A stretch of 64,000 nucleotides of DNA from an uncultured delta proteobacterium (GTDB lineage Bacteria > Desulfobacterota > Syntrophia > Syntrophales > Smithellaceae), in assembly GCA_963753975.1 (NCBI GenBank), contig CAVWEH010000001.1:64001-128000 (forward strand). The letters are read 5' to 3'. Shown here in pieces: positions 10,363 to 18,832 of the stretch (the first letter of the stretch is position 1; each line of letters opens with the position of its first letter). The notes beneath the pieces are model-generated. The model was given only the letters and a program-made list of their open reading frames with translations, did not search any database and was not told the origin of the DNA. The position numbers were made by a program, and so were the translations under genes.

Positions 10363-10938
10363 ATGGATTCAGGGAAAAGAAATTTAATCATCGTGCTGGT
10401 GGTAATACTTGTTATTGTTCTGGGCATCTACTCGTTTTTTGCCGGAAACTATAACAAATTTGTCAAGCTGGATGTGGCAGTAAAAGCCGCCTGGTCACAG
10501 GTGGAAAACCAGTTGCAGCGCCGTTATGATTTGATTCCCAATTTAGTGGAAACGGTCAAAGGTTTTGCCAAGCAGGAAAAGAGTGTTTTTGTGGAAGTGA
10601 CCAACGCCCGCGCGAAAGTCGGCGGAGCGGGTAATATTCCCGATAAAATTGCAGCCAACAATCAGTTGTCCGGCGCTTTGAGCAGACTTTTGCTGGTAGT
10701 CGAACGATACCCGGATTTGAAATCGAACCAGAATTTTATGCGCCTGCAGGATGAGCTGGCCGGAACGGAAAATAGAATAGCCGTGGAAAGAATGCGATAT
10801 AATGAAGCGGTCAAGGCTTATAACGAGGCTATCAGATCGTTCCCCGCAAACATAATCGCCGGCATGTTCAATTTTAAAGAAAATCCTTATTTCGAAGCGC
10901 CGAAAGAAGCAAAAACTGCTCCACAAGTAAAATTCTAA
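10363..10938 (+). CDS. lemA: LemA family protein
   Basis: QRRYDLIPNLV, ERYPDLKSNQNF, ENRIAVER..YN; GGAGG RBS before ATG 10363. Confidence 0.95.
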   Translation: MDSGKRNLIIVLVVILVIVLGIYSFFAGNYNKFVKLDVAVKAAWSQVENQLQRRYDLIPNLVETVKGFAKQEKSVFVEVTNARAKVGGAGNIPDKIAANNQLSGALSRLLLVVERYPDLKSNQNFMRLQDELAGTENRIAVERMRYNEAVKAYNEAIRSFPANIIAGMFNFKENPYFEAPKEAKTAPQVKF

Positions 10939-10962
10939 CTAAAACACGAATGAGCTTGGATT

Positions 10963-10998
10963 TAGCCCTGAACCTCTTTCTAAGAAGGTTCAGGGCTA
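10963..10998. terminator. Intrinsic terminator between convergent lemA and NUDIX genes
   Basis: 13-bp perfect stem tagccctgaacct/aggttcagggcta. Confidence 0.7.
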
Positions 10999-11071
10999 TT
11001 TGTCTGTAAGTTATAGTAAGTAGCGACTCAGCAATCTTACAATCAATATCTTGGATAAATAATTGCAGTAA

Positions 11072-11962
11072 TTATTTTTTGTAGAATGCTGTCTTCCACA
11101 CTCCGTTTTCAGCCAATATCCGTGAAGGTTCGTTAAGATTTGGCGGCCTTTTATAAGCGTCAATACTATATTCGGGATCATGCGGTAATTTGAGGCTCTT
11201 TCCTGCTAATTGCGGCAGAATGGGATAGATAATCTTTTTTTTGGTTGCAGAAAACAGTTCTTCAATATCTCTAAAAGCTGATAACTCTTCTATAGTTTTC
11301 AGGGTGGGCGGCATTAAAAGAATTTTCTGCTCGCTATGCATTGTGAGCGCGGCTTTAGGCGCTACCCAGAGTGATTCGGTAAGCTCTACCGCATCGGCTA
11401 CAGGTGTTTGGCATGGCGGCAACTTGGCCAGAAAAAAGCGAGTGTTAAATCTCATCTTTTCAAATTCCGGTGTAATCCAGTGGGCATAGGGGATCAAAGT
11501 GTCGGGGAATAACAAAATCTTTTCTCTGCGGACAATTTCCGCCAGCGTAATTTGCGAGGCATTAAGCTCCGGCCGGTAATCATTGAATCTTTGAAGAACG
11601 CTCTTGTCATAAAACGAAACAAAGTTTCCGGTAGTTTTGCCGCCTAAAAGAATGCCGGCTTCCTCGAAAGTTTCCCTGATGGCGGCGATAAACAATCCAC
11701 GCGCTTTTTCTATGGGCAAGCTGTTATCCTGCAGCAGCCGGCAGGGATCAAAGACATCCGTAGTCTTGATATAATTTTCAAGTTGCGGGTCGCTGTCGGA
11801 TTCTTCCAATTGCCCGCCGGGAAACACATACGCCCCGGCCATAAAAGCCTGCTTTTGATGGCGCCGCGCCAGAAATATTTCCCCGCCGCCGTCTTTCGCC
11901 GGCCGGATTAAAATCACGGTGGCCGCGTCTTTAAAAACAATTTTATTTGTCGTTGAATACAT
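11072..11962 (-). CDS. NUDIX hydrolase (Nudt19-like)
   Basis: VFPGG...AAIRETFEEAG split Nudix box, HWITP, RFNTRFF, PPT. Confidence 0.85.
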   Translation of the reverse strand: MYSTTNKIVFKDAATVILIRPAKDGGGEIFLARRHQKQAFMAGAYVFPGGQLEESDSDPQLENYIKTTDVFDPCRLLQDNSLPIEKARGLFIAAIRETFEEAGILLGGKTTGNFVSFYDKSVLQRFNDYRPELNASQITLAEIVRREKILLFPDTLIPYAHWITPEFEKMRFNTRFFLAKLPPCQTPVADAVELTESLWVAPKAALTMHSEQKILLMPPTLKTIEELSAFRDIEELFSATKKKIIYPILPQLAGKSLKLPHDPEYSIDAYKRPPNLNEPSRILAENGVWKTAFYKK

Positions 11963-12092
11963 AATGGAGATATTATTCTTACCTTGCCGAAAATTCACGT
12001 CACACTATCTGTGAATTCCACGGATATCAGTGCTATCACCAAAAGGAATATCGTCATAGCAAATTTTGTGGGCGAGAAATTTCCAACAGATT

Positions 12093-12155
12093 GGCCGGGA
12101 GCTTCCTCCTCGGAAACATCGGCAACCAGCGCTCATGCTGATTGCTCTTCCGGCC
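12093..12155 (-). ncRNA. Putative small structured RNA (three-way junction) downstream of the tRNA-Sec-like gene
   Basis: Closing stem GGCCGG/CCGGCC, 9-bp hairpin GCAAUCAGC/GCUGGUUGC, 6-bp hairpin GUUUCC/GGAAGC. Confidence 0.45.
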
Positions 12156-12178
12156 GTCAAATAAGCGGCTACAGCCGC

Positions 12179-12275
12179 AGACGGGAGTGGGAATCGAACC
12201 CACATCTACTCGTTTTCACGCGAGTAGCATCACAGGTTTGAAGCCTGCGCCGCACACCAGCACGAACGTCCCGTC
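12179..12275 (-). tRNA. Non-canonical tRNA-Sec-like gene, anticodon UCA, U73, no encoded CCA (possible selC*-type tRNA-Cys(UCA))
   Basis: GACGGGA/UCCCGUC acceptor, 6-bp D-stem with UGGU loop, GCAGG-CUUCAAA-CCUGU anticodon arm, long variable arm, GUGGG-UUCGAUU-CCCAC T-arm. Confidence 0.85.
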
Positions 12276-12278
12276 ATC

Positions 12279-12395
12279 TCAATCCCGCCACTTGAAATTC
12301 CCCGGCTCCAGCCGGGGAGGAAAGCGCCTTGATCCGTGGGAGGTCGCATTGTTTTAGAGAGCTTCCGGCTCCTGCCAGAGGAGGCTCCACTTATA
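12279..12395. repeat. REP-like element (copy 3)
   Basis: aatcccgc.actt..aatt.cccggctcc...ggggaggaaagcgcc and ccggctcctgccaga shared with 3371-3690; start also shared with 54983. Confidence 0.75.
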
Positions 12396-12528
12396 AAAGA
12401 TCACTAGCTGCTCGATCCGTCCATCATAATAACCAGGCTGTGAGTATCCAAAGAAGCTAGAATTTTCTTATGTTATAGATTCAACCTTCAGAGTTCATCC
12501 TAATAAACGGTTATTTACAAGGATGCTT

Positions 12529-12602
12529 ATTTAACTAATATTTTAGGAATAAGTCAAATTCCAAAAAGTTATAATTAACCTTTGTTGATAAAGAAAATTT
12601 AT
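12529..12602 (-). promoter_or_regulatory. Sigma70-like promoter toward the tRNA-like gene plus LysR T-N11-A box
   Basis: Minus strand TTGACT(12557-12552)-17 nt-TTAAAT; ATAA-N7-TTAT palindrome at 12588-12602. Confidence 0.5.
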
Positions 12603-12616
12603 GCTATGCAAAAAAT

Positions 12617-13552
12617 ATGAGCTCCGGACACTTCAAAAGCATTACCCTGCAGCAAATGGAAGCCGTTATCTCTCTTGTCGAAGAAGGGAGTTTCAGCCGT
12701 GCCGCCAAAAGAATGTCTCTGACTCAGCCGGCGTTGACCAAGAACATCAAAAATGCGGAAAATTATCTTGGTGTGCTGCTGGTTAATCGCAGCAATACGG
12801 GAGCTTCATTAACTCCGGAAGGAAAAATTCTCTACACTTACGCGCGGCGGATGGTTAAACTCAGAAATGAAGCAAAAGAAAAAATTCTCACACTGAACAA
12901 AAATATCGGCGGGAATATTTACATGAGCGCCAGCACTATTCCGTCGACATATATTCTTCCCCATGTCTTGAGTGCGTTTAGCAAAATACATCCCGATATA
13001 AGAGTTTATATTAAGACGGCGGACAGCGAAGAAGCCATGAACATGGTTCTGGAAAATGAGGTGGAAATTGGCTGCATCGGGAAACGGCCGTCAAATAGAA
13101 AACTGAAGGCGGAACCTCTCTGGAAGGATCGCCTTGTTCTGGCGATTCCCCGGCATCACCGCTGGCGCAAAAAGAAATCGATCGCCCTGTCCGAATTATT
13201 AGACGAGCCTTTTGTCATAAGAGAAAAAGGATCGGCGACGCGGGAATTGTTGGAATCATGTTTGAAGGAATCAAAATCAATAAGTCTTTCCCAGTTTAAT
13301 ATTTGCAGCGAACTGGGAAGCTCGGAGGCGATAAAAGAAGCGGTCATTGCCGGACTAGGGGTTTCCGTAATTTCTATTTATGCTGTCGAGCGGGAGTTAT
13401 ATCAGGGCTTACTTTTTGAAGTTCCAATTCAAAGCTGCAAGATGGAAAGAACCCTTTATTTAATTTATAAACGGCATTTCGATTTCCGGCCGGCACATAA
13501 AACATTCATCGATTTTCTGAAAAAAGATGCTTCGGGCAAGCACGGCCTGTAA
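12617..13552 (+). CDS. LysR family regulator, CysL-like / selenium-metabolism-associated type
   Basis: HTH 'GSFSRAAKRMSLTQPALT'; ASTIP, REKGSATR and GSSEAIKEAV motifs of the CysL-like subfamily. Confidence 0.9.
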   Translation: MSSGHFKSITLQQMEAVISLVEEGSFSRAAKRMSLTQPALTKNIKNAENYLGVLLVNRSNTGASLTPEGKILYTYARRMVKLRNEAKEKILTLNKNIGGNIYMSASTIPSTYILPHVLSAFSKIHPDIRVYIKTADSEEAMNMVLENEVEIGCIGKRPSNRKLKAEPLWKDRLVLAIPRHHRWRKKKSIALSELLDEPFVIREKGSATRELLESCLKESKSISLSQFNICSELGSSEAIKEAVIAGLGVSVISIYAVERELYQGLLFEVPIQSCKMERTLYLIYKRHFDFRPAHKTFIDFLKKDASGKHGL

Positions 13553-13613
13553 TAATCGTCACCAGATACCATACAAAAGTAATAATTCCACAAAACGTAT
13601 GGTAACTTGATAT

Positions 13614-13916
13614 TTAATTATAATAGACCTCGTCATGTGAACCAACATCTAAAAGAATAACTTCTTTATCAACAATTTTTAGAAGTAGAACTATACGATA
13701 CTCATAGTTCAGCCTTACGACGTGCTTTCCTTGATGCCGCCCTCTAAGAGAATGAAGATGTAATTGCGGTGTCTGTGGATTTGTTTCAAGCAGGTGCAAT
13801 ACGTTTTTAAATAAACCGACTAACTCGGGATGCCGACGCAGAAATTTTCGAGCAGTTCGAAAAAAAGTATCCGTCCAAACTAATGAATAAGCTGGGTTCG
13901 TCTTGTCGGCGGGCAT
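13614..13916 (-). CDS. Type II TA toxin, RelE/YafQ-like
   Basis: LHLHSLRG, YRIV, LDVGSHDEVY motifs; downstream of antitoxin. Confidence 0.85.
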   Translation of the reverse strand: MPADKTNPAYSLVWTDTFFRTARKFLRRHPELVGLFKNVLHLLETNPQTPQLHLHSLRGRHQGKHVVRLNYEYRIVLLLKIVDKEVILLDVGSHDEVYYN

Positions 13917-13918
13917 TA

Positions 13919-14170
13919 TTAATTCTTTAGTAATTCGGTCATTAGTTGTCTGAAATTCCCCCGCTTTATGCGCCCGGCTTTCAGATCGTTTTCGGATGCG
14001 GCAAGACGTGCCTCGGCCAAATCACTAAGAATGTTTTCGTAATCTTTTTCAGACAGGATGACATACTTGGGCTGATTATTACGAACTATATGTACGGGAC
14101 CATCTACAAGCGCTTCATCAACGGCGCTGATGCCCCGACGCTTGATTTCCTGGGCGGCAATAGTTTTCAT
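13919..14170 (-). CDS. Type II TA antitoxin, Phd/YefM family
   Basis: MKTIAAQEIK...GPVHIVRNNQPKYVILS Phd pattern. Confidence 0.85.
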   Translation of the reverse strand: MKTIAAQEIKRRGISAVDEALVDGPVHIVRNNQPKYVILSEKDYENILSDLAEARLAASENDLKAGRIKRGNFRQLMTELLKN

Positions 14171-14664
14171 AAATCATTAACTCCTTTTTGTATCAATTTC
14201 GGTACTATTATAAGTGCTAATTATGGACTTGTCAACTCAATTCAATGGATTTAATAAAGAAATAATCAGTCCTCTCGGGCATAAATTCCCATTGACAATT
14301 TATTTGTAATCATATTAGAAAAAGTAACATATTTAATAAAATAAAGTAAAAAGTATCGCCTTTCTTATAGTTTTACACCTCCTTATCAACAACTTGCCAT
14401 GATGGACGGTATTGCAGATTAACATAAGAAAGGTACAATAAGACTGCCCCTTCTTATGTTACCTGCAGTTCTTCGAAGGCTTGTTCTTTTTCGCTCACTT
14501 TGTTCGCCGTGATAATTATCTTGATAGAGGTCTTTTTCATCTGCGTTGCTTAACCTTGCCACCCAATGTGAACAGATCACCTTTGGGTAGCGAAATAGAT
14601 GACGCAAGCCCCTTTGATAGATACAAGGCTCTTTTTAAAAAAGTGGGATGAACTTTTCGTCATC

Positions 14665-15238
14665 CTACCTTCTATCCTCTCTTTCTTCCCTTCCTCTTTC
14701 ATGGTTTCCCTGTTGTTGTGGCCGGGACTGTCGTGGTCGCACCTCTCGAGAAGGTTGTTGTGATCGCGTTCGGGGCTTCAAACCTTGGACACCCCAAGTA
14801 TTTTGCTTCTCCCAATGTCTGCTCTTTTCCCAGTTGCTCCAGTTCTGTTGGACTTGTTGGTGGGGTATTCGCTGGTAGTTCCATGGATGTCCTCTCCAAC
14901 GATGCTCCCTGTAGTCATTCCTCCAACCTGATGGTATCCCTCTATAAAAAGATGGAACGTTTCGATAGTAGCCCCAACCTGAATTATAGTTCCGCGAGCG
15001 ATACCATCGCCCTTCCCACGGACGCCACCACCAACCATTGTAGAAGAAGATGTCCACATCTACAGTCAGGGACGACATAGACATACGTCTCAGGTATCAC
15101 TACCACCTCTGGAGGTGCGGCAAATACGATGGGTGGCGGCAGAGAAATGCTAACGTCTACATCTACCCTTGCCATCGTTGGAGCAGGAAATACAAGTACC
15201 AACGCCAAAAGTATTGTTCCCAAAAATAACTTTTTCAT
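14665..15238 (-). pseudogene. Secreted Pro/Trp/Arg-rich protein split by +1 frameshift near 15065
   Basis: Signal peptide MKKLFLG.., 'SISLPPPIVFAAPPEVVVIPETYVYVVPD' continues as 'VDVDIFFYNGWWWRPW' in the next frame. Confidence 0.75.
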
Positions 15239-15327
15239 TTTATTGTATCCTATACACATCAGTGTTTTGTCTCCTCTCTAAAGATATATGACAATCCAGT
15301 TTTTTAAAAAAATGCGAAAACCAGATT

Positions 15328-15792
15328 TCATCCTTTTGCCGGGTATTGACTATCGTGGTCACGATGGTGTGCCCACCTCTTTGCATGGTGTCTGTGAGGT
15401 ATTCTATCAAGTTTAGCAATCTGCTCCGGAGTGAGAATTTTACGCCACTCGATTTTCATTCCACCCTTCTTGTCCGATAGTTGCTGGCGAAGTTCACTTA
15501 TCTCCTTCTGCTTAGCAAGAAGTGTTGCATCATCCGTCTTAGGATCTGTGAAAAGTTTACGCATTTCTAATCGCTTGATTGCGAGATTGTATCTCAAATC
15601 TCTCGTATCATTACGAAAGCTGTTTCTCAGATCTTTCATTTTGGCTACTTGTTTGTCTGAAAGGCCAAGATAGTTCTTAAAACAGAATTCTTTGTAGGAA
15701 CCGGGTTTCTTATCGGGCTGAAGTGCATACGCCGACACTACAACCGCTGCCGATACGATAAGGACAGCAATAACGATAAATATTTTCTTCAT
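15328..15792 (-). CDS. Spy/CpxP/ZraP-like periplasmic chaperone or metal sensor
   Basis: Signal peptide, LGLSDKQ and ILTPEQ (LTxxQ) motifs, His-rich tail. Confidence 0.85.
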   Translation of the reverse strand: MKKIFIVIAVLIVSAAVVVSAYALQPDKKPGSYKEFCFKNYLGLSDKQVAKMKDLRNSFRNDTRDLRYNLAIKRLEMRKLFTDPKTDDATLLAKQKEISELRQQLSDKKGGMKIEWRKILTPEQIAKLDRIPHRHHAKRWAHHRDHDSQYPAKG

Positions 15793-16238
15793 TTTTTCTA
15801 ATACTCCTTTCGCAAAAATATTTTGATTATGTTAAAAGCAAGAAATAGACCAATCAAAAGATGCATAACAAACACTCGAATATTACTAAATATAATCTAA
15901 TAGACACGGGAATGTCATGAGCGATAGCGGATAGAATGTATCCACTTATTGGTATCCATATGGGTAATAAATATGCAGAGAGGAGAGAATTAAATTGACG
16001 ATACTATAGCCCAGAAAAATCTAGTTTTCAGAATTATGTTGTTTTTCAGGGGGAAAGTTGTGTAGAGCTTAGCATCATGAAATAAACGGTTCAATCCAAT
16101 AACGAATATCGTTTGAAAGGGTGCATGCCCATTAAAATAGCCGAATACTTGACTTCGGGAACAAGTGCTTACTCACTACACCTACAAAGAAACAAGCATA
16201 GCGAATAAATATTTTAATGATTTTCATTTGAAATGTTT

Positions 16239-16293
16239 GATCAACGTAGAAATCAGCCTGAGCGTAGCGACCGGCTGAATTTTATTGTTAGAG
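16239..16293 (-). other. attC site 1
   Basis: Minus strand CTCTAAC...GTTGATC with inner TCAGCC/GGCTGA inverted repeat; 55 bp. Confidence 0.8.
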
Positions 16294-17245
16294 CTTCTCC
16301 TTTTTTTCCTTTCCTTACCAGCTCATCATACTGCTCAACGATGTCTTGATTATAAATTTGCTCCATCATTATTCCGAATGCCACATTATGCGAAAGTTGT
16401 TCTAGGAAAATAGCTTCAAGCCGGAATTCTTCCTGTTTATCAGGATGCCAATTATGTTTTCTTTTAGTTGAATAGTGATGTAAATAACCCCTCATCATTA
16501 CTAGTTGATTTATTATTTGCTCAACATCTTTGGACAAGTACTGGCTTTCATATTTACTTCTCATTTCAACTGGAAGATGCCGCCGAAATTCTTCGTTCCC
16601 CAAAACACTACGTATATTCTCAATAAATTCTGGAGATTCTTTTAGCGCTTTCTCAACTGCATAATTCTTATTCTTGCCTCCAGCATAATAAGACTCAATG
16701 ACAAAGTAGAAATTGTAAATTGCCTCAATATAATCTTGGTTCTTAACATCAACCCTGCCACGCTTATTAAAAGATAGCAATACATTGTGCTGCTTGGCTT
16801 TGACCGATGCAATTATTGGCCTAGCAATCAAATCAAAGGATACTGGCATTATTTCATTATCTTTAAGTTCTTGAAAACCTACAGAGAAGTTAAAGATCTG
16901 TAATTTTTCCTTCTCTTCTTCATTTTCAGCAATCCATTCATGCTTTGGCCTGCGTATTCCGATAGATTCCACTCCCCAAAAAGACAACATTCCTTCGATT
17001 TGCCTCATTATTTCTTCTACTTCATAGATGCGAGGACTGGTTACATTTACGTGAAGAGTAATGCCTGGCTGAGGATGATTGATTACACTTGGTAATTCAT
17101 GGTCAGTTATTTCGAACGACACACGTATATTTCTAATGAATCCTCGCTCGACATCAAATTCGAACAAGAAATCGTCAACCTCAAATGAACAGATCTGTTG
17201 AGGCTTTATCCTTCCTTTTATCTCGAATGTGTAGCGGCATCTCAT
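16253..17245 (-). CDS. Integron cassette protein with HEPN-like C-terminus
   Basis: 'IYNFYFVIE' and 'MRGYLHH' (Rx4H); bounded by attC sites. Confidence 0.7.
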   Translation of the reverse strand: MRCRYTFEIKGRIKPQQICSFEVDDFLFEFDVERGFIRNIRVSFEITDHELPSVINHPQPGITLHVNVTSPRIYEVEEIMRQIEGMLSFWGVESIGIRRPKHEWIAENEEEKEKLQIFNFSVGFQELKDNEIMPVSFDLIARPIIASVKAKQHNVLLSFNKRGRVDVKNQDYIEAIYNFYFVIESYYAGGKNKNYAVEKALKESPEFIENIRSVLGNEEFRRHLPVEMRSKYESQYLSKDVEQIINQLVMMRGYLHHYSTKRKHNWHPDKQEEFRLEAIFLEQLSHNVAFGIMMEQIYNQDIVEQYDELVRKGKKGEALTIKFSRSLRSG

Positions 17246-17259
17246 GTTTGCTTTTTGTA

Positions 17260-17318
17260 CTCTAACGCTAGGCATCAGCGGCGGTGTCAGCGCGTCTGCG
17301 TGGATACCATGGTTATGT
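17260..17318 (-). other. attC site 2
   Basis: Minus strand ACATAAC...GTTAGAG, 59-bp imperfect palindrome between cassette ORFs. Confidence 0.75.
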
Positions 17319-17338
17319 GATAACTTCTTCCTTGAAAA

Positions 17339-18145
17339 TCATTTTTTATTTTTTAATGATCGAACTTTTTTCCCCATATCTGTTGGTTGGATATACCCAG
17401 TTTCTTTCTCAAAGTAGTCACGTGTCTTATGCAAATACTCGAATAATTCCTTTGAACCTAATTTTTTTGCGAGACCTTCAAATACAGTTATTGCTCTTTG
17501 CGTGTAAACCTCTATCTGACCGATGCACATGTGTACTCGTGGAGTTGCGCGCATCCCCCCTAAATGAAATTTGGGAGGGCTACCACCATACGTCTCCATA
17601 ATATGTGGATAAGCGCCATGCACATAGCCAGAAAGAGCGTCATTGGTGACTTGAAACATCTTCTGCAAATCGCTTGGATTAACATAAGGCCCCATCTGTC
17701 GCGCAACGGAAGCCCATATTTTCCTTTTCGGAACAGTCTCACGACGTGTCTCATTTTGCAAAGGATTATTAGGGTTTTTAAATTCTTCATTAAAAAAGTC
17801 CTCTATAAACTTCCTCTGGTGATTATCAAGTGTGCTGCTTTCAGCGTTTTCAAGAATGAATAACATTTCATGTAAAAAGTCATCTAAGGTACGCAAAAGC
17901 ACCATGGCTTCTTGAACAAAACCCCCAGTCAGCAGGAACAAACAAGCGTTCAATCCACTAACGACACGTACACCTTTTAGGAAAGCAACGTGATAAACAG
18001 TGTGCTCCTTATATCTAAATTGTTTTTTACCAGAGACATCGATGAATACAGGCTTTGGGACTAGGCCGTCGTCAATCGCTCTAATCGAAGCAGCAAGCCG
18101 ATTAACACACTTTGTAATTACAGTTAGTAATTTGATTTGGTCCAT
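17339..18145 (-). CDS. Integron cassette protein, DUF5677/HEPN-like
   Basis: 'LLRTLDD' and 'DALSGYVHG' motifs; AT-rich; flanked by attC. Confidence 0.65.
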   Translation of the reverse strand: MDQIKLLTVITKCVNRLAASIRAIDDGLVPKPVFIDVSGKKQFRYKEHTVYHVAFLKGVRVVSGLNACLFLLTGGFVQEAMVLLRTLDDFLHEMLFILENAESSTLDNHQRKFIEDFFNEEFKNPNNPLQNETRRETVPKRKIWASVARQMGPYVNPSDLQKMFQVTNDALSGYVHGAYPHIMETYGGSPPKFHLGGMRATPRVHMCIGQIEVYTQRAITVFEGLAKKLGSKELFEYLHKTRDYFEKETGYIQPTDMGKKVRSLKNKK

Positions 18146-18155
18146 TGTTTTCAGG

Positions 18156-18211
18156 TCATAACGAAAAAATCAGCCGGAGCGCAGCGATCGGCTTTATTGT
18201 TTTTGTTAAAA
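18156..18211 (-). other. attC site 3
   Basis: Minus strand TTTTAAC...GTTATGA; core nearly identical to attC 4 and similar to attC 1. Confidence 0.8.
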
Positions 18212-18213
18212 AC

Positions 18214-18771
18214 TTAGACTCTAATGCTAGTTTTTTTCACTACTTTAATAATAGCCTCCACGTCTGCCCCATCATAAACTGCTGGAATGAATGGCTTATT
18301 GTGGGCGGCTAGATGCAGTTCTTTGAGAACTTCCCAAAGTTTTTCCATTACCGAATTGAAGAGCAAACCTTTTATGCCAGCATTTTTCCACACAGCCGAG
18401 GGATTGAAGACTGCATTCTTATCAATATGAAAATGTGTTTTGTCCCGAATTTGGTTTAATTTGTCAGATAAATCTTCAATATCTTCATACGGCAGTTCAT
18501 ATTTATCCAATAAAACCTGGAATTCTTTTCTATTACATTTATACAAATATAGAATTGATGATGCATCTTTATGCTTATCTAATACTTTAATAGCATGAGC
18601 AACCATATCATTATACAAAGCCAGATACGCATATGAAAAAAAAGTCCCGGATGTTTTCGGTGCGGATTTTGCAAGCGCATTAACTGCATTCCGATTCGAC
18701 AAGCAACGATGCACTTCGTAAAGATTTCTTCTTAAAGCCATATAGTATCTGTCAGGTTTATTCATGCTCAA
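18214..18771 (-). CDS. Integron cassette protein, AbiU2-like HEPN
   Basis: 'AIKVLD' helix and 'IRDKTHFH' Rx4-6H motif; alternative ATG at 18765. Confidence 0.65.
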   Translation of the reverse strand: MSMNKPDRYYMALRRNLYEVHRCLSNRNAVNALAKSAPKTSGTFFSYAYLALYNDMVAHAIKVLDKHKDASSILYLYKCNRKEFQVLLDKYELPYEDIEDLSDKLNQIRDKTHFHIDKNAVFNPSAVWKNAGIKGLLFNSVMEKLWEVLKELHLAAHNKPFIPAVYDGADVEAIIKVVKKTSIRV

Positions 18772-18772
18772 T

Positions 18773-18832
18773 TTCTAACGAAAAAATCAGCCGAAGCCGC
18801 AGCGATCGGCTGGATTGTTATATGGGTTATTT
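18773..18832 (-). other. attC site 4
   Basis: Minus strand AAATAAC (overlapping the upstream stop codon)...GTTAGAA; CAGCCG/CGGCTG arms. Confidence 0.8.

Noticed and set aside
12093..12155. HDV-like or hammerhead ribozyme
   Set aside because: Begins GGCCGG but I could not build the nested double pseudoknot; no CUGAUGA/GAAA core
12457..12498. Minus-strand mini-ORF ATG AAC TCT GAA GGT TGA in the tRNA leader as a Sec-sensing leader peptide
   Set aside because: No convincing RBS or SECIS; such short ORFs arise by chance
14419..14607. 62-aa ORF and local hairpins
   Set aside because: No RBS or motif support; hairpins match no riboswitch I recognise
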